Assembly: GCF_006345805.1 (NCBI RefSeq)
Contig: NC_043000.1
Location: 80,786,001-80,850,000 of the forward strand
Length of the DNA: 64,000 bases
Direction of reading: 5' to 3'
Origin: Octopus sinensis
Lineage: Eukaryota
A program made the translations under genes and the position numbers. Positions within the stretch are counted from its first letter, which is position 1. Each line of letters begins with the position of its first letter. Of the stretch, positions 37,401-51,618 are shown piece after piece. The notes under the pieces were generated by a model that searched no databases, was not told where the DNA came from, and saw only the letters and a program-made list of their open reading frames with translations.

Positions 37401-39915
37401 ATCATCATCATCATCATTGTTGTCGTCGTTTAACATCCACTTTCCATGCTGATTTGGGTTGGACAGTTTGACTGAGGGTTGGCAAGCCAGAAGGCTGCAC
37501 CAGAGCATCCACCCCTGCTATTGACTTGGTCACCTAGGTAATGGAAGCTATCAACTACTTTTAGTTTTTCATCCTAGCATGTGATGGAAGCTGTTTTCTG
37601 CACATTTTCAGTGTTTATTGTCCCTGAACATTTGCCACACACAGAATCTTCCCAGTTAGCCATCCTTTGATATTGCTGCATCTCTTATGTGTCCATAGCT
37701 TACACTGGGTACACCACCTTATGGAGTTTCTACTTACAACTTTTCTTCAGATTGAGCAGGGCCAATCCTGAAGGGATTTGTGGTTTGTCTGCCTTCCTAC
37801 TTATTAAGACTTTGGTCTTTGTTAGATTGACTCTAAGGTCCTTCGATTCTAGACCTTGCTTCCATACCTGAAACTTGCCCTCTAGTTCTGGTAGTGACTC
37901 AGCTATTAGAGCAAGGTCATCAGCATAGTGAAGCTCCCAGGAGCATCCTGTCTTAAATTCCTCTGTTATTACCTGGCGGATTATGATGAATATGACAGGG
38001 CTGAGGACTGATCCTTGGTCAACCTCTACCCCTACCTGGAATTCTTTGCTATACTCATTGCCAACCCTCACCTTATTGACAGCATCCCTGTACTTATCTT
38101 GTACAGCTCTCACTAATCACTCATCTATCACTAGTTTCTGCATTGACCACCAGATAAAGGATCGGGGGACCCTGTCAAAGGCTTTCTCTATGTCAATGAA
38201 AGCCAGGTACAGAGGTTGATCTTTGGCTAGGTATTTCTCCTGCAACCGTCTTACCAGAAATGTAGTATCAGTGGTGCTTTTTTCTGGTACAAACCCAAAC
38301 TGCATCTTGTCTAAACTGATTCTCTCCCTAATTAGTTGGGCTATGACCCTCTCTGTGACTTTCATTACCTGATCCAACAACTCAATACCTCTGTAGTTAA
38401 TCATATCTAATGCATCACCTTCACCTTTGTAGCAGTCATTGGCAATGACTACTTCATGTGTCACCTGATTGACTATACGGGAGACTAGATTATAGCTGAC
38501 ACTGCCATATATTTTAAGCATCTCTGCAGTGATTCCTGATGGGCTGGGGGCTTTCCCTGTCTTCATACCCTTAATTGCTTTATCTACCAAGATACTGCGA
38601 ATTTGGATAGCTCGTCCTTCTGTTGGGTCGACATTTGGCAGTCTCTCTTTCTCTCATTCATTCTCTTCATTTAACAACCTTTCATAGTGGCATCTCCAAG
38701 TCTCTCTCTTTGCAGCCTCATTAAATGCAAGTGAGCCATCATCCATGTGAATTCATTTCTATCCTATGACATCATGATTCTTTCTCACACACTGTCTTGG
38801 AACACAAAATACTTCAAGTCTTTGGTCCTCACGACGCAAAACATTGGCAAATTTTTTTCTTATCTGCTTCCCTTTTGGCTAAGTAAACCTGTCTCCTAGC
38901 TTCCCTTCTGGCAGTCTGATACAATTCCCTGCTACCACCAGTCTTCCAGTCCTTCCATGCCCGTTTCTTTTCCCTAATGCCCCTGTCAACTACATTGTTC
39001 CACCACCATGTTTCCTTTGGTCAAGAGGAGACTTTGAACCATCCACAGTTCTGGTCAGTAGCCCTCAGCAGGTTGTCCTGTAGGAACCTCCATGTGATGC
39101 TATCTCCTCCTCTATTTTGTCAAAAACTTCGAGTAATATGCCTCTAAATCTCTGTTCATTCACAGGATCCTTGAGCTTCTAGACCCTTCTTCTCCATGCT
39201 GGTCATCTTCTGGGCATCCATTTAGCCCTGATCCTGAAGTTGCTAACTACTAATCTATGTTGTGGGGTGCAATTTTCACCTGGGAAGATTTTAGCATTGA
39301 TAAGTAGCCATCTTTCCCATTTCCTGGTGAGGATGTAATCAATTTGACTTGTGTGGCCACCGGATCGGTAGGTGAATAGGTGACTAGCTGGTTTCCTGAA
39401 GTTAGTATTACAAACCATAAGATCATTTGCATTACAGAACTCCAGCAACCTAGTTTCATCCTCATTATGGGAACCAAAACCATAGCCTCCATGTACACCA
39501 TGGAAGCCCCCCTGCATATTGTCCAACATGTCCATTGAATTCGCCAGCCACAAAGAGAAGGTCTCTGTCATTCATCAATGAGATAGTCTGCAAGAGGGTG
39601 TCATAAAATTGATCCTTCTGTTCATCAGGTAGCCCTGGCTGAGGGGCATAAGCTGAGAGAATGGTTGCCAACCCATGTTGCAGCACTAATTAAATCATAA
39701 GTATTTTATCACAGACCCTGACTACCTCGATTACCTTATCAACCCGTTTCTCTACAAGAAGTATACCCATGCCCCTTACCCCAACAGTGTTCCCTGCCCC
39801 AAAAATCTTATACTTATGTTCTTTGCCTGTGAGGAGCCAAGCAGAACTTTCTCTCCACCTTACTTCTTTGATGCAGCACAAATCTACACATCTCAGTTCA
39901 AGCATCTCAATGAGA
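37401..39915 (-). mobile_element. RTE-clade LINE relic: APE endonuclease, RT and PHD-like finger, with the C-terminus deleted
   Basis: APE motifs (CIKEVRW, SAYAPQ, GEFNGHVG, SQIDYIL, PQHRLVV) and RT motifs (YRGIELL, QFGFVP, FIDIEKAFDRVPR, QGSVLSP, YADDLAL). The (GAT)n 3' tail is at 37401. Many stops and frameshifts. Confidence 0.93.
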
Positions 39916-42900
39916 TGAGTATATGAAGTGTACCTGAGTGGAAGTGGAATGAGACCAGCCAACTTCAAGGAAAAAAGAACAAAAGAAGAGGCAGCACATG
40001 TCAGTCAGGCAATTGAGTATGTTTTTGAGTGACTTCATGCCAATTACTTAAGTGGTCTTTGTTTGGATGCAGCCTGTATGTTTACGAATGATGCCATCTG
40101 AGATGTAGGAATAGCATTACTCTATTGTGAGTCTAGGATGTGATGGTCTTACTAGTCCACTGTCAGTTTCATTTTAACAAGTTAATCAGTTGCCTTTTAA
40201 CTAAGTTAAGGTGATATGAGATCTTCATATATCCATAGTTTAGGATATGATAGATCTCCATCTAGTTGAGGACTATATCATTGTCCATATGTGTGTGAAG
40301 ATATTGTTGGATTTTAGTTAACATTTGAGGTATGTTGTCTCGTCTTTCATATAGATTACATTGTTTCAATAAATTTGATCAGTTTAACATCAACACTGCC
40401 ATTATTGGTCTCTTTTGTACATTTAACAAAGTTTAGTCTGTTGTAAGGATTCAGGTTAGATCTTTGATCTGATGATAACTTCCACCATTTCCCCCACCAG
40501 TATTGGAGATTGAAAAAGGTTACAGGCTTGTCTTTCTGCCTCTTATAAGCGGGTTAAATAATAAAAAAAAACAACAGCAATAATTTGCTTTCTCATGAAG
40601 AGCTGGCTTTCTGTGACAGCTCTTTACTGCCTGGCATACCGAATTTATGACTTCTTTTTGGTGTGTCTAAAACTGAGTTATTTGTTACATTTAAAAATTT
40701 AAAGAAAATAGAGTAAAACTGGAAGTAACCTGTCTCCTGAAATTTAAAGTGGGCTTTAAATTTCAAATGGTAGGATACAGTCTCAACTCCATCAATTATG
40801 GTAATATTCAGACTTTTACAGAATTGAATCCACTGAGTCTTTTTTTCTTTTTGTTTTCTAATGCTGGTTCTAGAGAAGGTGCCATGTCTATATCCTTTGC
40901 AGGTCCTCTACTGACCTGCAGGCCCTTTGCAGTAACCTAGGTGCCATTATTGTTTCTCTTGAATCATTTTAAATCAACACTTGTAGAAAAGACATGAGCT
41001 GAGAGGAAGTACCTGAAGGTTGGTGTTCTTGAATGAGACAAGGTGAGATGAGTGAATGAGGGTATTTACCTTGCCAACTCTGAGAACTAGAAGCCATTAT
41101 AGTCGTAGTAGTATGACAAGAGTATTACTCCAACAACAAACAAAAACAACAATTTTAAAGCCATGCTCTCTGTTAAAACAGAGACTAGTCACACTGGTCC
41201 CATTAAAGTGTTGTACTCACCATGTTTCCTTTTTGAAGCAGCATTTTCATAGCTGGATACCTTTGTTTGTGTCATTTATTTTTAGCTTTGCTAGGCTATA
41301 TTTTTGCTATTTTAAAACTAGGATAGACCTAGCAACAGACTTACTCCATCAATTTATAAATACCAACCCAGAATTTCAAAATGTAAGATTGACTCTTTTG
41401 CTGCCTATGTAATAGGTAAAAAATAAGATATCAGTGTTAAAACAGTGAAAAAAAAATTGAAAAATCTTTAACAAATCAATGGTTCTGTATGAAGTAAACC
41501 ATATTTATTTGCTATGCCTTCAACGAACTTTATGATGTTTTAGAAAATATTTTATTGTTATGTCCTCATTCAGACTACTTTCTGTGTATCAATAATGATT
41601 ATGATTGTTTTTGTTGTTTTTTTCCACCAGCTATTGCCGATTGATCTTTGTAGTTTTATTTATGTATTTTTGTTTTGTTTATGTTTATAGCTTATATTAT
41701 TTCATATAGATTTTTTTTTTAAAATGAGTACTTTTTTTTTAGATTAAACAATTGTTTATAATTATAATCTGGCCACAAGAAGGATATTTTGCCAACTCAT
41801 TAAGTGAGGCTTTCGTTTGTTAGTGTAATATTTAAACTCAGTCCCTCTGCTGTATTGTCATATTCTATAGAATCGCTAATTACAGACAGATATGGAACGT
41901 ATTATAATGAAATTCTGAAATCTCTGATTGTGACTAACTAACTATTTATTATCAGTAGAATTTCTTAGAGAGAGGGAGGGAAGAGAAAGGGGTAAAGAGA
42001 TGGAGAGAAAGAAAGAGAGAGAGAGTTTGTGTGTGTGTCTGTGTGTGTCTGCGTATCTGTGTGTGTGCTTATGTGGAATGAAAGAAATTTAATATGCATC
42101 TCAAATTAATTGAATATATTTATTTTTACATTGCCTTGTGGATTTTATTTTGGCAAAATGATTGAAGAAAAAAAACTGTGGTATGGTTAAACTTTGAACA
42201 TTATTCTGCTACAGAATATGCATTATCAGATCTTTGGAAATAATAATTAATTCTTTTCTACTGGTTTTCATATACATCTAAGACTGTCTCGCATTTCCTA
42301 AACATCTTATTAATAGCTTATTTTGGCATTGTGTTACAGAATTACTTAAAACAACAACAATTCTTTCTTTGGATCCATTTTTAATTAGAAAATTGTGCTT
42401 CCTATCTTTTTTATGATGAAAGTTTCAATAACTGTGAGGCTAAGTTCATGAATTGAAATCTGGAGAGCCTTAGATCATATTGCACTTGAACAAGCCTAAC
42501 CTGAAGCTACATATCAATAACAACATATTGACTGTATTATCTGCCATAATCACAATAAATATAATAGCAACATTACTACCAGTTCAAATATGCTTGGGTC
42601 ATATTCAGACCCATGGCAGTGTCACCCCATAGTTTGTTTATGGTAATAATATTGTATTTATACACATCACTGCTTATTGCTGCCACCCAATAACAGCAAC
42701 AGTCACAATCACAATGACGATAGCCACACCACAGTTACAATGACAACCACCACAAAAACAACCACCACAAAAACAACCACCACAAAAACAACCACCACAA
42801 AACTACCTTAACAATAACCACCACCATCTCCACTACTACTACTACTACTACTACCATAACCACAACAACTAACATATATACATGTACATAAAGGCAAAAC

Positions 42901-44132
42901 TATCTAGTATTTTTTTAAGTTAAGCCAATGACGACCAGAAGGGGTTGTGTATTATTGTGGCCTACACTGTTTGGTATTTGTTGGTGTTTCAATTCAGTTC
43001 AACTTTAGTTGAGATGACCTTTGGTCAGAGACAATCCATCCATGGCTGTCTTATCATTTTAGGGACATGCAATGCTACATTATGTGTCCCTCTGCTTCTT
43101 TTATATATTAAAGACTGTAGATTGTAGTTTGAGTTAGATCTGGTTTCTATTTCTGACATAGACAAGTTCCCTCTTAATTTGATGGTTGGTACTTATTCAA
43201 ATATGTCTGTATGTGTGTGTGTGTGTGGTTGTTATGAGTAATTGGTTTATCAAAGGGTCATAGATTTTATTTTTATCTTGTTCTGAGATTGATTGTTTTG
43301 AAATCACATGAAGTTGACAAAATCTTCATTCAGAGACATCCCAGCCATGACTCTTTCATCATTTTGTGGATATGCAGTGCTACATTATTTATCCCTCTGT
43401 GTCTTGATTTCAAATTGATTTCAAATTTTGGCACAAGGCAAGCAATTTCAGGGTAAGGGATAAGTCGATTTCATTAACCCCACTATTCAACTAGTACTTA
43501 TTTTATTGACTCCAAAAAGATGAAAGACAAAGTCGACTGCAACAGCATTTAAACTTAGAGAGTCGGAACAAATGTCTCTAAGCATTTTTCTCAGCATTCT
43601 AACAATTCTACCAGCTCACCACCTTGTGATTTTTACATATTGGTATTTATTCAAGTGTCCCTTGTGTGTAGGCATGTGTGGTTGTTACTGGAACTTATAC
43701 TCACTTATTAAAGGGTCATTGACTTTATTCTTACCTTGTTCGGGTATTGATTGTTTTGAAACTATATGACTGAGATGTAGGTTTCTAAACCACACACCAA
43801 TGCATATACACTGTAAAGATGTGGTTAATAGTTCGTACAATCTTAATCTTCATGATCATATGCCCCCCACCACCACCACCCATCTCTCTCATCATGTCCT
43901 CCTTATATATCTCCATATGTAAGTATACATCTATACTTAGTTTGAAACCGTATAAATGTGTATTCTAATTACTTTTATTTAATACACACAAATAACTAAA
44001 TCTTCATTAATTTATCACATCTCAGAATCATTTACCAAGCAGTCATATGGTATAATCTGTTAATCTATTAGTGATTAGGTTATTTTCTAGATAGCAAATT
44101 TTAGTTGTAGGAAATAAATTCACTCTTGTAGT

Positions 44133-44272
<140 letters not shown>

Positions 44273-44520
44273 TCATTTATTTATTTATTGCCTGAATTGT
44301 CAGAGCATTGAAGAAAATGTTTTATAGTATTTCTTCCTGCTCTTTATGTTCTGATTTCAAATCCTGCTGAGGTCAACTTTTCCTTTCATCCTTTCAGAGT
44401 TGATGAAATGAAGTACCAGTTAAGTACTGGGACCACTGGAAATGATTAACCCTTTCCATTACTGTTTCGAACCTTGTGACTCTGGGCTTGTGCCTATATT
44501 AGAATAATATTAATATTTAA

Positions 44521-44750
44521 AGGTGGCAAGCTGGCAGAATCATTAGCTCACCGGGCAAAATGCTTAGCAGTATTTTGTCTGCCATTACATTCTGAGTTCA
44601 AATTCTGCTGAGGTTGACTTTGCCGTTCATCCTTTTGGGGTCAATTAAATAAGTACCAGTTATGCACTGGGGTCAATGTAATCGATTTAATCCCTTTGTC
44701 TGTCCTTGTTTGTCCCCTCTATGTTTAGCCCCCTGTGGGCTATAAATAAA
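44521..44750 (+). mobile_element. SINE family B, subfamily with a different 3' tail
   Basis: Family head and core, followed by TTTGTCTGTCCTTGTTTGTCCCCTCTATGTTTAGCCCC and an AAAT tail. Confidence 0.7.
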
Positions 44751-45043
44751 TAAATATTAATTATTATTACATAATTATCAAAAGTATTCAATTATAAATG
44801 TGTCTGCTCTGTGTTTAATTCCCACTGAAGCCAATTTTGTTTTTTGTTATTCTGGCTGGAGGGTAGGTAGCTGCTAGTAGAATAAGAAAATAATTAATTG
44901 CACACTTTTGGATGCTGCTTTAAGTATGCATACTCTCTCCTCCTCCATAATTTGGATCTTTGGTTATATATAATGGATGATGGTGAAATGACCCAGTGTG
45001 ATAGTCTTTGTTATCCATTAGGTTTTAAAGAGAATTAAACAAG

Positions 45044-45697
45044 TGGTATGGCTGTGTGATAAGAAGCCTGTTTCCCAATCACATTGTTCCAGGTTCAGTC
45101 TCACTGTGTGGTACCTTGGGCAAGCATTTTTTACTACAGCTACAGGTTGACCAAAACCTTGTGAGTGGATTTGGTTGACGGAAACTGAAAAAAGAGCCTG
45201 TCTTATATCAATGTATGAGTGTGTGTGTGTATGTGTGTGTGTGCTTGACAACTGGTGTTGGTTTGTTTATGAGGGGTGCTAAAAGTTTCTGGCTTTGGTT
45301 AAAAGAAAATGTGTGTGTGCTTGACAACTGGTGTTGGTTTGTTTATGAGGGGGTGCTAAAAGTTTCTGGCTTTGGTTAAAAGAAAATACAGGAGGATCAA
45401 TTAATTATGATTTTATTCAACATATTTCCCTCTCAGATTCACACACTTACGGCAGCGGTCCTTCAGTTTTCCTAAGCCCTGTAAAAGAACTTGGAAGGTT
45501 GGGCCTCCAACCAGGTCTCTTGTGATTCAGAAACTTTTCAGCACCTCTTCATACCTCCCCGTACCTTAGTAGTTTGCCAAAAACAGACTGAGAGACCAGT
45601 CTTAAAAGAAAAATAAGTACTGGGGGTGATTCATTTGACTTCAAGTTCTTTAAGGTAGTGCTCCAGCATGGCTACAGTCTGAAACAGATAAAAGATT
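45044..45697 (+). mobile_element. SINE family A interrupted by a MITE
   Basis: The head is at 45044 and the body resumes after 45553. Confidence 0.7.
45346..45551. mobile_element. Mariner-type MITE (about 206 bp)
   Basis: TA-flanked, with TIRs TGAGGGGGTGCTAAAAGTTTCTG and CAGAAACTTTTCAGCACCTCTTCA. Confidence 0.75.
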
Positions 45698-47832
45698 AAT
45701 AGTGACAACAATAATAACAAGAATAAGCACAGCATTAACATTTCATTAGCAATAGCAACAACAGCAACTTCAGTAATGGCAGCAGCAATAAAAGCAACAA
45801 TAACAACAGCAGCTATAATCTACTAAAATAATACTCTTGTGTATTTCTCTGTTACAACATACGAATGAGAAAGGAAGGTTTTGATAGATGAATAAGGATG
45901 GAACGGGTGATATCAAACTGAAAGTGGGATGGTGAACATTTAATGTTGAAAAAAAAATCAAACAGCATTTCAACTGTTTGTGAGTATGTGCGTGTACATG
46001 TACAAGGGAAGTATACCAATGTATGTATCTGTGACCATTATGTACCTTATTTATTTATAAAATACTACAATTAGCTGTCATTTTTGATGGCACAGGGCTA
46101 GCTGGTAATAACAATAATACTTACCACAATAGCAGTGACAGTATATCTAAGGAAGGAATTCCAGAATGCTGCAGCAGTTTGCAAAAAGAATGAACAGATG
46201 GAGAGTTCAAATCAAGGTCTAACCAGTAAAATATAATATAGTCAACAAGAAGGACAGACAAATAGATGGGTGTTTACTGGGGTGGAAGTGGTTTATAGCT
46301 TAAGTTAGAGAAACAGAAGTCAGGTACAACCAAAATTGTTTTATGATGTTATTTTTATGGAAGGGCTGAGAGAAAGGGAATCCAGAAAGAGGTTGTGTAC
46401 ATTAGAAGGATGCAATGATATAAATGCAGATGCATCAACTGCACTGACATGCATATGAAATATGGGGTGGTAACCAAAGGAGATATAAATGAGGGAGAAT
46501 GTAATTGAGTTTTGGGTCTGATGAAGGATGTATAGCAAGATTGAGGAATCCTTGTTTCTCTTCTACAGCAAGACTCCTATCTCTCTTCTATTTAACTGTG
46601 TAACAAAATTATAATTAAAAATTTTTTTTGTCTTTGGTCAGTAAGTGTTATTTCTTATTTGATTCTATTTAGAAATCAAAGGAAATTACTATTATTCCCT
46701 TCAAACTTTGCTTCTGTGGCCTAGACATCAATGTTTTGAAACTGACCTATTTTCCATTACATTTCAGACAGATTCAGTACTGAGTTGCTGAAGCAGAAAT
46801 ATTGTTATAGCAAATATTCTGCTCAGTACCACAGATTTGCTTATCATTTGTTTGACCATAACCACTTGAGGATATCTCTTGGTTGGTGACAATATGTGCA
46901 TCGCTGATCATGAGCAAGTGTAGTGGGGGAGCATCATAGCCATGTGTTGAGATGGATTCTTTGGGGTTTCAATAAGTGTAAGAAAAGCAAAGGTTGAAGA
47001 AAATATCCATTTTTCTTACTTTCTAAGGGTAAGCAAGTAGGAAATAACAGTTACTACCCAAGGACAAAAATAATGTTACAATGTGTTATTCTTTTAATCT
47101 CTCACCAACTGGGGCAAACCACCTCCCTCTATACCACTCCCTCTCACAGTCGGGGGATCTTTGTCTTACAAGTTACTTTGTGACCTCACTGGAGATGGTG
47201 CTATGTGAAAAGTGTCTAGTACACTCTGTGATGTGGTTGGTGTTAGGAAGGGCATCTGACCGTAGAAGCCATACTAAAACAGACAATGGAGCTTGGCATA
47301 GTCCTCTTGCTTGCCAGCTCATATCAAACCATTGAATCACTGCCAGCACCAAAAACAGACATTAAATGATGATGAGGATTAAGTAATTTAGAGATATATC
47401 TGGTTTAACAGACATAGCAAACCCTACAATAGGATGTTAGATGATGATGATTATGATGGTGATGGTGGTAACAATTATAATGGTAGTGGTGGTGGTGATT
47501 ATAATTTGTGGTAGTGATAATGATAGTTATGATGATGATAAAAAGGATGGTAATGATTATGATGATAATAACAACCATCATCACCATGATAATGAATTCT
47601 GTCAAGAGAATGTTAAAATATCCCTTTTCCCCTTTTTCTAAGTAAAAAAGCTCTGTTATTTAGATTTTATTTCAATGCAGTTCTTAACTTTAAAATTATC
47701 AATAGTGATTACACAGACACACACACATCATTTATGTGTAAACGTCTATATTTCAGTTTGGAATACAAGTCTTTAGGCTATTAAAAAAAAATAATAATAA
47801 AGATAAGATTTCTTTTACTTGCTACAAGGTCC

Positions 47833-47862
47833 ATGATGATGTTGATGATGGTGGTGGTTGTG

Positions 47863-47910
<48 letters not shown>

Positions 47911-47951
47911 ATAGTAGTAGTAGTAGCAATTTTATTATTATTTTATTATTT

Positions 47952-47985
<34 letters not shown>

Positions 47986-47995
47986 GTTGTTGTTG

Positions 47996-48079
<84 letters not shown>

Positions 48080-48080
48080 A
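47833..48080. repeat. Compound trinucleotide microsatellite (GTG/GTA/TTG/ATT/AGT)
   Basis: Directly visible. Confidence 0.95.
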
Positions 48081-48519
48081 TGTTTTGCTCTCATTCAAAT
48101 TCTTTCTTTATATTAAACATTGTTTTGCAAAATATTTAAAGCTAGTAAATAATGTATTTGTAATAGAGAGAGGAAACAAACAAATAAACAAGGAAACCAA
48201 AAACACTCCCAGTACCTACCATGCAACCGTTAAATTCCAACTAAAACTGAGTTTGCAATAAATAAGCACACATATACAGCAGGCACACATAAATACATGT
48301 ATACACAAGACAAAATTAAGAAAATAAATTTTGGTAAAATGTTTCCAAATGAAAACTGATGGAGCATTTAACTGTTTTAGAATTTTAATGAAAGTTATTA
48401 ACCTAGCAGGGAATAATAGTGGAAATTGATGGACATAGAATTAAATTATTCTTCTCTGCACGGAACCATTTGTAAAGTGTAATATGTTCAAACTTGGAGG
48501 GGAGGCTTATTTTATATAA

Positions 48520-48559
<40 letters not shown>

Positions 48560-48649
48560 TTACATATATTTATGTGTGTGTATATATGTGTGTTTATATA
48601 TATACACTTACATATATTTATATGTGTGTATATATGTGTGTTTATAAAC

Positions 48650-48699
<50 letters not shown>

Positions 48700-49214
48700 A
48701 ACATATACATAATGTTTTTCTTATAATAAATTCAAAGAAATTTGCTTTCAGCAGAGTAGGCTGTGTCGTGTGTGTGTGTGTGTGTGTGTAGCACGGGGAG
48801 ATGCTATTAGTTTATATACTACCCTGTTATTTACCAAACTGTAATTCTGTAAACATATACCATGTTTTAATAAGAATACATGATTATACCATTACCTAAA
48901 CTATTTTTTATGAGTTCAGTTGGAAAAAAAAAATTGAAAAGCAGAAAAATCCTAAAAAAAGTCTAACAAAAATTAATGTCTCTATAAAACATTTAACATA
49001 AATTTCATTATTGAAACTTTAATTATATTTTTAGTTTTAATGTTAATTTCTTTTAACATGTAAACCAAATTAACCAATGTTTTTAATTGATAATTATTAC
49101 ACGCCTGTGCACTCTATTGTTGATTATATTCTAAATTGTAACAAAATCTTATTATTTGTGGCATCTTTTAATGACAATGACGATAACCCATGAATGATTA
49201 TTTTCATTATTATT

Positions 49215-49266
<52 letters not shown>

Positions 49267-49751
49267 GTGAAATATAACATAATAGTGAATATTATATAAT
49301 ATAATAGTGAAACATTGTAGTTACTTATATAATTATCATCTTCATGATTTTAGCATCCACTTTTACATGAGTGCATGAGTTTGTCAAAATTCATTGAGGC
49401 CAATTTTTTATTGCTGTATGCTCTTCCTGCTGCCATCCATCTCCTGTTTTCAAACATGGTAATACTTCTCCTGCTTGTATGACAATAATGGTTGTTTACA
49501 GTTAATGTATAATGTCAAGACAAAGAGAGAGAGACACACATACACACACATGCTTCTTTCAATTTCTGTCAAAAAAAATCTACTTACAAGACATTGATCA
49601 AACCATGGCTGTAGAAAACAGCTATCCTTGGTGCTATGCAATAAGACTGTACTTAAAAACCATGTGACTATAAAGCAAATTTCTTAATCATACAGTAGTG
49701 CCTGCATTTAACAATATATATTTACATGTGTGTGTGTGTGTCTATATATCA

Positions 49752-49782
<31 letters not shown>

Positions 49783-49799
49783 TGTGTGTGTATGCACAG

Positions 49800-49853
<54 letters not shown>

Positions 49854-50129
49854 CAGTGACACATAAAAGGTACCCATGCCAGTGACACATAAAAGGCACC
49901 TGTGCTGGTAACATGTAGTCGACACCCAGTAAACTCTGTAAAGAGGTTGGCATTAGGAAGGCCATCCATCTGTAGAGACTAAGCCAAAACAAATGACTGG
50001 AGCCTGGTGCAGCTCTCTAGCTTACCAGCTCCATCAGAATGTCTAAGTCATGCCAGCATGGATAATGGATATTAAAGGATGATGATGATATGTTGTTCGT
50101 GCTATACAAAAACATACAGGCACTGAATA

Positions 50130-50790
50130 GGATTTTATACTGGAAGTGTGTAAACTCCAATATATGTTCATTTCTGCAAGATAATGAAATGGAAGCAATC
50201 TGTCAGGCAAAGGTTGCAACACTCAGATTGTTTCTTAAATGCCTGTCCTTTATCTAACACTACCTATGAAATAGTATTGGTTACACTTTTGTCTCTTGAT
50301 TTTTAATCATTCCTTGATAGTGTTGTTGTGTTAATGATGGAATGAGCCATGCAGGAGACTTTTGAAGCTGTTCTCTGTAAGTCCAATGTAACTTTTTGGT
50401 GCATTGCTGGTGGAAAGATCAAAAGTTTCCTTTAAGTTTTACCCTCGTAAGGATCAAAATTTTACACTTCAATATTTGCATGTCAGCTTCCTTAGTCTTT
50501 TGTTTGCTGGGTTTTTGCATTGGGGTACTTGATGTCTCAGTATGCCACTTTTTGGTGAACAGTTTGATGGAATTCTTTGCTGTTCAAGAAAGTGTTTTTT
50601 GTTTTAATTTTTGCAATACTGGTTTTTATACATGTATTGTAAGGTGGATTATACCATATATTCCTTTTCTTAATACTTTTAAGGTATGTTTAGATGGTGT
50701 TGGCAATACTTCATTCTTCTTGGTATTGACAATATCATAATGTCTCTTTATCGTATTTTGAATCTTTGTTTAATTGGCTTAATCTGAGAT
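50130..50790 (-). mobile_element. Old Penelope-like element fragment (RT-to-GIY-YIG linker)
   Basis: Minus-strand KKRNIWYNPPYN resembles the PLE IWFNPP linker motif, and TYIG lies downstream. Heavily degraded. Confidence 0.5.
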
Positions 50791-51275
50791 AATATATTGG
50801 TAGAGGTTCTTGCTTAGCTCCAAGTCAGCTCTGATCAAGCTAATGTATGATCAAAGGCATTTCAGCTGTGAGCATCTTGTTGTTTTCTAATGTACAGGGG
50901 AAAACTGGTTTACATTATCCAATGATTCCTTTTCTAGAACCTCAGGAGTGTGATTTGAGGGAACTTTAACTGCTATCTCTAGTAGGTCAAGCAGCCATTT
51001 AGAGTTATTTTATTGGCTTGGATTCCAGAAGTTTTTGCTGTTTTCATTTAGCTCTAAGTGGACTCTGATCAATGACAAAAGTTTCATGAGAAGCCGATCT
51101 TTTTCTTCAGATTGTGTGATATGAGGAAAATATGGTTATTTCTAGTAAGTCAAGCAGCCATGTAGAAGCTTCACCATTAGTTCATTGTTTTTGTTTAGCC
51201 CTTGGTCAGCACTGATTGAGATCTATGATCAAAAGCATTCCTGTCTAGATCATCCTAACTTTTTGTTTGTGTGTT

Positions 51276-51321
<46 letters not shown>

Positions 51322-51521
51322 AATATTTAAATGGATGAATGAATTATCCTTTGTTTACCGTTAACATGGAAAATTCAATAAACAGTTACCAGGGTAGCAA
51401 AATTCACGCAAGTAACACGGATGAAGCGACTTATTCAAAGGTAGAAGCTCCGGGTTAATGTGCAGTAATTTGTGTAATATAAGTAAATAAATGGAGTTAA
51501 ACGAAGATGTTATTAAAATTC

Positions 51522-51618
51522 TTTTGCTTTTTTGACATATGTTTCGAAGATAACATGGTATTATTCCAAAGGAATAAACGGTGTAAAATGCAATCTTCTC
51601 ATCAGGAAAGAAAGAGAG
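51522..51618 (-). ncRNA. Type I hammerhead ribozyme with intact core
   Basis: CTGATGA (51605-51599), stem II GAAGAT/ATCTTC, GAAAC (51545-51541), ATAT loop, GTC cleavage triplet (51536-51534). Stem I is U/A-rich and imperfect. Confidence 0.75.
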
